DNA from: Candidatus Eiseniibacteriota bacterium
GTDB lineage: Bacteria; Eisenbacteria; RBG-16-71-46
Direction of reading: 5' to 3'
Length of the DNA: 14,044 bases
NCBI GenBank assembly: GCA_031366795.1
Contig: JANLOX010000211.1
Coordinates: forward strand, 1 to 14,044
Below, one piece after another: positions 8,720 to 14,044 of this stretch. A program made the position numbers and the translations under genes. Below the pieces are notes generated by a model. The model had not been told where the DNA came from. It made no database searches and saw only the letters and a program-made list of their open reading frames with translations. Each line of letters begins with the position of its first letter. Positions within the stretch are counted from its first letter, which is position 1.

Positions 8720-10300
8720 TCAAACGGGATTGAAGACTCCACCGAGGATCATCGCTTCGCTGAGCACGCGCGCTTCCTTGAACGTGCGTTCGTCCCCGGC
8801 GTCGCGCAATTGGCCGCGCTCGCCCAGCAGGCGCGCGAGCTCTTCATCAAATACATCGTTCAACAGCTTTTCGTCATGGGGAACCGGCTTGCCGTCCGCG
8901 CCAGTCACCGGCGTGCTGCCGGAGTGCCGCAGGCGTTGCGCCAGCATCAAGCGGTAGATGCGGTCGGTGGCCAGGTCTTCCATGTACCCGTCGAGCAGGC
9001 TGGCCCCGCGTCCATTGAGGACGCCGTTGCGGTAGCGAATCACCGTGCGCACGGCGGCGCGAGTCCCCGCCAGCGTGCGTTGACCCACGCCTTCGGGGCG
9101 GGGCCGAAGGTCGGGGTAGCGCTCGGCGCCCGCCGGCCGCTGCATGCCCTGGTTGGGTGCGGGGAACTGCGCTACCGCGATGGCGTTCTGGTCGGGATGC
9201 CCGGTCCAGGCCCCATCCATCAGGCAAGCCGACTCGTTGCGCTTGTCTTGTGCAAGCGATTCGAGCGCGCGTGCATTGAGGGCCTCTTCTTCGCGGCTCG
9301 GGAACAGCGCGGTCATGCCACCGATGGCCAGGGCGCCGCGGCGGTGGCAGATGTCGACCAGCAGGTGGCGCAGGTTCTGGAAGAATGGCACGTCGTGCGG
9401 AATGGTGTTGCGGTCGGGGAACACCCAGCGCGGGTCCGCGAGGGTGAAGTGAATGAGGCTCGCCATGTAGTCCCAGCGGCCGAGGTTGAGCCCCACGATG
9501 TGGTCGCGCAGGTGGTAGAGGAACTCTTCCATCTGGTAGGCCAGCGGGTGCGATTCGATGAGCGCCATGCAGCGAATGGCGCGCTCGTCCCAGCCGCGCG
9601 CCCGCGCCATCGACTGGAACACGTCGCGCCACCACAACGCTTCCTCGGCGGACTCCGACTTGGGGATATAGATGCACAGCGGGTGCCGCAGCGCTTCCCA
9701 GTCCAGGTCATGGACGATCATCGCCAGGTCGAACAGCGACGCCGAGGTGAGCCCCTCGCTGACGATTCCCACCTGAGCGAGATGGAGCCCGCGCACGCGG
9801 CTCCAGATCACCGTGGCGCTCGGCGCGATCGTGACCCGGCGGCCGCGCTTGAGGTCGTCATAGCCCAGTTCGCCGCGGAGTGCCGCGCGAATGTTGGCAA
9901 TGCCCGTCATCAGGTTGGGCCAGGCGTTCGCCATCGAGTCTTCGAGATCTAGCATCACACCGGGCGCGCCCGAATTGAGCATCTTGACCACAAGCTCGGC
10001 GTCGTCGGCGGGCCCCGTCATCTGGTTGCGTTGGTCGAGGCACCACGTCGGCAGCTCGATGCGCCACTCGAGCCGTGTCGCGTCGGAGGCGGGGAGATGC
10101 CCGGGCAGCTGGCCCTCGTGCGCGGCTTCCAGAACCTCCTGCCGGTGCAGGCCCAAACCCTGCTGACGGAGCGTGAAGGCCCGGTGCAGCGGCAGGTAGA
10201 AGTCGAGGAAGCCGCGCGGCAAGTCGCGGTCGGGCCGGAACCCGGCCGGGGGGCAATTCATTCGAGGATCGTTGTCGGGCATGGTCTCGCGATGGGTCAT
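8720..10300 (-). CDS. aceB: Malate synthase (MSA-type, divergent)
   Basis: TGPAD, DLEDS, RVRGLHL (catalytic Arg), YIPKSES, LIES and LNLGRWDY (Mg ligands), AIGGM, DGAWTGHP and MEDLAT (catalytic Asp). Lies directly upstream of aceA. Exact start is uncertain (10300 or a nearby downstream ATG). Confidence 0.9.
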   Translation of the reverse strand: MTHRETMPDNDPRMNCPPAGFRPDRDLPRGFLDFYLPLHRAFTLRQQGLGLHRQEVLEAAHEGQLPGHLPASDATRLEWRIELPTWCLDQRNQMTGPADDAELVVKMLNSGAPGVMLDLEDSMANAWPNLMTGIANIRAALRGELGYDDLKRGRRVTIAPSATVIWSRVRGLHLAQVGIVSEGLTSASLFDLAMIVHDLDWEALRHPLCIYIPKSESAEEALWWRDVFQSMARARGWDERAIRCMALIESHPLAYQMEEFLYHLRDHIVGLNLGRWDYMASLIHFTLADPRWVFPDRNTIPHDVPFFQNLRHLLVDICHRRGALAIGGMTALFPSREEEALNARALESLAQDKRNESACLMDGAWTGHPDQNAIAVAQFPAPNQGMQRPAGAERYPDLRPRPEGVGQRTLAGTRAAVRTVIRYRNGVLNGRGASLLDGYMEDLATDRIYRLMLAQRLRHSGSTPVTGADGKPVPHDEKLLNDVFDEELARLLGERGQLRDAGDERTFKEARVLSEAMILGGVFNPV

Positions 10301-10427
10301 GGGGTTGCCGGTGGCCGCGGACCCGGTTCGATAGAGCCGGATCGCGGGATTGGACCCACGAGCATGCCCGCTTGTGGCGCGACTGGCAACGAAACGAGTT
10401 ATCGGCCCGCCGGGACCTGGGCATAAA

Positions 10428-10463
10428 GGGGAATTCCGCGCACCCCCTCGTGGGGAATTCCCC
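10428..10463. promoter_or_regulatory. Tandem palindromic sites GGGGAATTCC(CC), candidate enhancer (UAS) for a sigma54 activator
   Basis: GGGGAATTCC at 10428-10437 and GGGGAATTCCCC at 10452-10463, 24 bp apart, about 100-135 bp upstream of the predicted sigma54 start site. Confidence 0.55.
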
Positions 10464-10509
10464 GCAGCCGCCGCCTCCCCGGCAGATGCCGTGGGAACCG
10501 CCCATTGAA

Positions 10510-10522
10510 AATGAACGACTTA
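10510..10522 (+). promoter_or_regulatory. IHF-like binding site
   Basis: AATGAACGACTTA matches WATCAANNNNTTR with 1 mismatch, in an AT-rich patch between the UAS and the -24/-12 element. Confidence 0.5.
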
Positions 10523-10537
10523 GGCCGGCGCTCGCGC

Positions 10538-10553
10538 TGGCACGTTGGATGCG
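10538..10553 (+). promoter_or_regulatory. Sigma54 (RpoN) -24/-12 promoter
   Basis: TGGCACGTTGGATGCG versus the consensus TGGCACGNNNNTTGCW, with exact GG-N10-GC spacing. It ends 56 nt before the ATG at 10610. Confidence 0.7.
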
Positions 10554-10609
10554 CTAGCGAATATCCGTCGAGTCCCTCATCAACTCCACCCTTCAGGAGG
10601 TTCGCCGTC

Positions 10610-10981
10610 ATGCAACACCGCGTCCGCCACAACAAGGCCCGCCACTCGCTCCGGCTCATCACCCTCGCGGCGTTGCTCGGCATCAGCACCATCGCGTTGT
10701 CCCAGTGCCGCATGGTGTCGGACACGGTCACCGGCGTGAAGGCAGGGGCAGGAACCCTGTCGGGACGATCTAATTGCGCACGCCAGTGCAACGACCGCTT
10801 CGAAGCCGCCATTCGCGCGGAAGAAGCCCGGCACCGCGCGGCACTGCGCTCGTGCGGCCACGATTCCCGCTGCAAGTCCGACGAGGACCGCCTCAACGAC
10901 AGGAACCAGGACGGGATTTCGGATGCACGCAAGCAGTGTAAGAAAGGCTGCTACAACGAAGGCGGAGGCCACGGCCGGTAA
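10610..10981 (+). CDS. Small secreted Cys-rich protein, probable lipoprotein, function unknown (123 aa)
   Basis: RBS AGGAGG at 10595-10600. Basic n-region, hydrophobic h-region and lipobox-like LSQ-C33, plus six further Cys in a symmetric pattern. Followed by a terminator. Confidence 0.8.
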   Translation: MQHRVRHNKARHSLRLITLAALLGISTIALSQCRMVSDTVTGVKAGAGTLSGRSNCARQCNDRFEAAIRAEEARHRAALRSCGHDSRCKSDEDRLNDRNQDGISDARKQCKKGCYNEGGGHGR

Positions 10982-11020
10982 ACGTTGACGAACGACCCGT
11001 CCACGTTTCTCTCATCAACA

Positions 11021-11062
11021 ACAACAAGGGCGACGGTCCAGTGGACCGCCGCCCCGTTTGTT
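11021..11062. terminator. Bidirectional intrinsic terminator between convergent genes
   Basis: GGGCGACGGTCC / GGACCGCCGCCC stem, flanked by AACAACAA on the left and TTTGTT on the right. Confidence 0.75.
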
Positions 11063-11085
11063 GGGCCGGCTAACGCCGGTGTCGG

Positions 11086-11757
11086 CTACTTGAGCTTGGT
11101 GACCGTCGCTTCGTGGATTGTGGCGGCAACAATCAACTCGCCCGCCTTCTTGTCGGCGTCCTTACGCGAGGTGAACTCGCCGATCACCACGTGATACGAC
11201 GTGCCGCCATCTTCCGATTTGGGCACCACGCGGCCGGAGAGGCTCGTGCTGCCCTGCAATTTGGTCAACTCGGCAGCGGCGCGGTCCTGGGACAGGAAGG
11301 ACCCCGCATCGATTCCGTACTTGGTCGCCGGGGGAGGCGGGGTCGCCTGCTGGCCACCCGGCTGCGCCTGTGCCGTCGGCGTCGCGGTAGTGGCGGCCGT
11401 CTTGGGCTTGGGATGCTTCGCCTCTTCCGCCTTGAGCGAATCCGCGCGCGCAGCGTAGATCCGCTCCTGCTCCGCCTTGGAAATTGAGTCCGCGCGCGCC
11501 GTCTCGGCGGCAACCTTCGCGGCGGCGTCGGTCTTCTGCTTCTCCTCGACCTTGCTCCTCTGCAGCGAGGTCCAGAACAGCCCACCCAGCACCACGATTC
11601 CCACCAGCATCACGATGCCGATGATGTTCGCGGCATTGGAGCCGCCGCTTTCCTCGACTTCGTCGTCGTACTTGCCGCGGCGCTTCGGGATGGGAGAGCC
11701 GGATGAAGGTTCATCACCGGGCGGCTTCGAAGTCATCTTGTCTTCGGGGTAGCTCAC
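11086..11757 (-). CDS. Bitopic SPOR-domain membrane protein (FtsN/DedD/DamX-like architecture)
   Basis: Short cytoplasmic tail, single TM (IIGIVMLVGIVVLGGLFW), helical and Pro/Ala/Thr-rich linker, and a C-terminal SPOR-like region (YGIDAGSF...AAAELTKL...YHVVIGEFTSRKDA). The GTG start at 11757 has GAGGAG 7 nt upstream. Confidence 0.8.
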   Translation of the reverse strand: MSYPEDKMTSKPPGDEPSSGSPIPKRRGKYDDEVEESGGSNAANIIGIVMLVGIVVLGGLFWTSLQRSKVEEKQKTDAAAKVAAETARADSISKAEQERIYAARADSLKAEEAKHPKPKTAATTATPTAQAQPGGQQATPPPPATKYGIDAGSFLSQDRAAAELTKLQGSTSLSGRVVPKSEDGGTSYHVVIGEFTSRKDADKKAGELIVAATIHEATVTKLK

Positions 11758-11976
11758 GAGTCGACTCCTCACAGAAAACGGCGAACGGGCACGCATGGCA
11801 AAACGCGCTGGCTCCGAACATCCAGGCTCCCGGTCCGGGATCCGCTAAGTTGCGGTGACGGAATATCTACTAGCCCCCGGGTTGAGGCAAGCCCGGAAGG
11901 TGGATTCCGGCTTTGGGAGGAGCTGCCAGCCCGGATTAAAAGCGCCTGGAGAAGGCCGCACTTGTGCAGGCCCCAC

Positions 11977-12005
11977 TGGACTTTTTCGGGGCGCTGGCCG
12001 ATACT
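11977..12005 (+). promoter_or_regulatory. Putative sigma70 promoter of the csp gene
   Basis: TGGACT-N17-GATACT. It implies a ~175-nt 5' UTR, as is typical of csp genes. Confidence 0.45.
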
Positions 12006-12051
12006 TAAAGGGTCTTCGGTTGGCTGTGGATGTGCTGATTGCGCTCAATTC

Positions 12052-12084
12052 CGCCAGAGGATGACTCTCTGGCGTTTGTTGTTT
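12052..12084 (+). terminator. Intrinsic-terminator-like hairpin within the predicted csp 5' leader
   Basis: CGCCAGAG (12052-12059) / CTCTGGCG (12067-12074), followed by TTTGTTGTTT. Confidence 0.55.
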
Positions 12085-12184
12085 GCGGGGCCATCACCGA
12101 TCGAAGCGCTGGCCAATAAGGCCTGACGCAACCGCCGCGTTTGGCGGTGATGTGGGGGTACCCCCCAGTTTCAAGGAGTTGCAC

Positions 12185-12385
12185 GTGGCTCGTGGCACTG
12201 TGAAGTGGTTCAACGACGCGAAGGGCTTTGGTTTCATCTCGCAGGAGGGTGGCGAAGACGTGTTCGTTCACTTCTCGGCGATTCAGGGCGATGGCTTCAA
12301 GTCGCTCGCGGAAAATGAAGCTGTGGAGTTCGAGGTGACCCGTGGGCCGAAGGGCCTGCAGGCTGCCAACGTCCACAAGGTCTAG
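12185..12385 (+). CDS. cspA: Cold-shock protein (CspA family), 66 aa
   Basis: GTG start with [24 protein letters not shown] (RNP1), DVFVHFSAI (RNP2) and [10 protein letters not shown]. The exact paralogue cannot be determined. Confidence 0.95.
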   Translation: MARGTVKWFNDAKGFGFISQEGGEDVFVHFSAIQGDGFKSLAENEAVEFEVTRGPKGLQAANVHKV

Positions 12386-12402
12386 TCGCGTTTCGACGCT
12401 TC

Positions 12403-12446
12403 ACAAAAACTTGGGCGGCGCCTTCACCGGCGCCGCCGTTTTTGTT
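12403..12446 (+). terminator. Intrinsic terminator after csp
   Basis: GGCGGCGCC-TTCACC-GGCGCCGCC followed by GTTTTTGTT, with an upstream ACAAAAAC. Confidence 0.85.
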
Positions 12447-12454
12447 GGTATCCT
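12446..12454 (+). promoter_or_regulatory. Extended -10 (TGGTATCCT) for the YHS-like/MFS unit
   Basis: TGn-TATCCT immediately after the csp terminator, followed by GGGAG (12476-12480) and ATG 12485. Confidence 0.45.
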
Positions 12455-12484
12455 GCGCGCGGGTTCGCGAGTCGTGGGAGTTCG

Positions 12485-12982
12485 ATGGAAAGATGCTGGG
12501 GGGGAACGGCCATGCTGCTCGCATTGGCGCTGGGAATGCAGCTACTGGCCGGAACGACTGGCGCGCCCGGGGGACCAGGGGCGCTCGGCTCAATCTCCAC
12601 CGGCGGATTCACGTGAGCGGGCGCCGGCTGCCTGCCGTCGCGGCCCGTGCCGGCCGCGGACTTCCTGCTCGAGCACATGAGCAACAGCCTATACGACCCG
12701 GTCGACACGACGCAGGTCGCCTCGCTGTCGCATTCGTTGCGCGCGCGCGTCAATGGCGAGATCTACCGCTTCGCGGGGCCGCTGACGCTCGCGCGCTTTC
12801 GCCGCAACCCCCTGCGCTGGTGCGGAGTGCTGCGCGACCCGGTGTCGGGTGTGCGCTTCCGTCCCAACCGGCTTTCGCGACGGATGGCGATGGTGGATGG
12901 GCCCTACTTCTTCACCACCGACTCCACGTTCGACGTATTTCGCGCCGACACCGCGCGCTTCGCCATCCGGCGCGATTACTGA
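12485..12982 (+). CDS. Tandem YHS/TRASH-like domain protein with signal-peptide-like N-terminus and an in-frame TGA at 12614-12616 (candidate selenoprotein or nonsense allele)
   Basis: Two repeats 47 codons apart: DPVD...VNGEIYRF...LARFRRNP and DPVS...VDGPYFF...FDVFRADTARF. The same frame upstream reads MERCWGGTAMLLALALGMQLLAGTTGAPGG...GGFT*AGAGCLP. The ORF track shows only 12647..12982. Alternative start ATG 12512. Confidence 0.65.
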
Positions 12983-12994
12983 GCGAGGCTCGCC

Positions 12995-14044
12995 ATTCCT
13001 GAACGCATCGCGCGCGAGCCGTTCGCCTCGCTGAAGCACCGAAATTTTCGGCTGCTGTGGAGCAGCCAGCTGGTCTCGATGGCCGGCTCCATGATGCAGA
13101 GCGCGGCGATCCTGTGGCATGTCTCGCTGCTGGTGCCGCCGTCACACCGCGGCATGGCGCTCGGGATGGTCGGGCTGGTGCGCGTCGTCCCGATCATCGT
13201 GCTGTCGCTCATCGCCGGCGTCGTCGCCGATGCGGTCGATCGGCGGCGCCTGCTGATCGTGACGCAGAGCGGCATGGCGTTGTCCGCCGCGATTCTCGCA
13301 TGGGTGACGTTCAAGGGCGTCCACGCCCTGTGGCCCGTCTATGTGCTCGCCAGCCTCGGGGCGGCGTTCGGTTCCTTCGATGGTCCGGCGCGGCAGTCAC
13401 TGATCCCCAACCTGGTGCCCCGCGATCACCTGCCCAACGCGATCAGCCTCAACACCATCATGTTCCAGTCGGCCGCTGTGCTCGGCCCCGCCCTGGGAGG
13501 GATCGTGATCGGCGAGCTGGGCGTGGGCTGGGCCTACGCGCTCAATGCCGCCTCGTTCCTGTTCGTGATCGGCGCGCTGCTCGCGATGCGCGACCTCCCC
13601 TTGCGCGAACCCGGCACGGCCTCGCCGGTGAGCTTTGGCGCCGCGTGGGAGGGGCTGCGCTTCGTGTTCCGCTCGCCGCTCATCCGCTCGACCATGCTGC
13701 TGGACTTCTTCGCGACCTTGTTCGCGTCGGCCACCGCGCTGCTGCCCATCTTCGCGCAGGACATCCTGCACGTCGGGGCCCACGGCTACGGCGTGCTCTC
13801 GGCGGCCACCGCGGTCGGCGCGATCGCCGGCAGCCTGGTGATGGTGCGGCTCATCGACCGGATCCGCAGGCGCGGTGTGGTGCTGCTCTGGGCGGTCGCC
13901 GCCTACGGGCTCGCGACGGTGATCTTCGGGATTTCGCGAAACTTCGCGCTCACCTTTACGTGCCTCGCACTCGCGGGCGCGGCGGACACCGTGAGCATGG
14001 TGATCCGCAACGTGGTGCGGCAGCTCGCGACGCCCGACCACCTG
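12995..14044 (+). CDS. MFS transporter (MFS_3 / EntS-like / DHA3 group), 3' end beyond the window; start codon uncertain
   Basis: Manual translation gives EPFASLKHRNFRLLWSSQLVSMAGS, motif A (AGVVADAVDRRRLL), FDGPARQSLIPNLVPRDHLPNAISLN, GPALGG and LLPIFAQDILHVG. It is absent from the ORF track because there is no stop codon within the window. Confidence 0.9.
   Translation, partial: MPERIAREPFASLKHRNFRLLWSSQLVSMAGSMMQSAAILWHVSLLVPPSHRGMALGMVGLVRVVPIIVLSLIAGVVADAVDRRRLLIVTQSGMALSAAILAWVTFKGVHALWPVYVLASLGAAFGSFDGPARQSLIPNLVPRDHLPNAISLNTIMFQSAAVLGPALGGIVIGELGVGWAYALNAASFLFVIGALLAMRDLPLREPGTASPVSFGAAWEGLRFVFRSPLIRSTMLLDFFATLFASATALLPIFAQDILHVGAHGYGVLSAATAVGAIAGSLVMVRLIDRIRRRGVVLLWAVAAYGLATVIFGISRNFALTFTCLALAGAADTVSMVIRNVVRQLATPDHL

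Noticed and set aside
8714..9952. 412-aa + strand ORF (and 7945..8733)
   Set aside because: Antisense shadows of aceB and aceA.
10428..10463. CRISPR-like repeat
   Set aside because: Only two 10-bp units with a 14-bp gap and no cas genes; better explained as protein-binding sites.
12442..13002. 186-aa + ORF and the - strand ORFs across 12297-14041
   Set aside because: Alternative-frame or antisense shadows of csp, the YHS-like gene and the MFS gene, with no motifs.
12485..14044. Genome-wide TGA reassignment (code 4/25) as the explanation for the in-frame TGAs
   Set aside because: miaB, the PP2C gene, aceB and the GT-C gene all end at TGA at plausible C-termini, one with an ATGA overlap, so TGA is a normal stop here.

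Overview
High-GC bacterial chromosomal window of mostly housekeeping genes. It opens with the 3' end of a group II intron (domains V-VI, ending at ~138). Next come miaB (-) and, divergent from it, queF (+), followed by a membrane-GAF-PP2C (RsbU/SpoIIE-like) phosphatase (+). On the - strand are a coupled GT-C-type membrane glycosyltransferase and PQQ-dependent sugar dehydrogenase, then the glyoxylate-shunt pair aceB-aceA. The rest holds a small Cys-rich lipoprotein (+) with a full sigma54-type promoter layout (tandem UAS, IHF site, -24/-12), a SPOR protein (-), a cold-shock protein (+), a tandem YHS-like protein and an MFS transporter cut off by the window end. Best leads: (1) the YHS-like gene has a signal-peptide-like N-terminus joined in frame across a single TGA (U-x4-C context) with a SECIS-like hairpin, so it is a candidate new selenoprotein; (2) the sigma54-driven lipoprotein has a perfectly symmetric six-Cys pattern; (3) the intron's 3' exon has a 12-nt complement to the domain VI branch-point strand; (4) the MFS gene lacks a canonical start codon; (5) there is a terminator inside the csp leader. 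All calls are by eye; no searches or folding programs were run.
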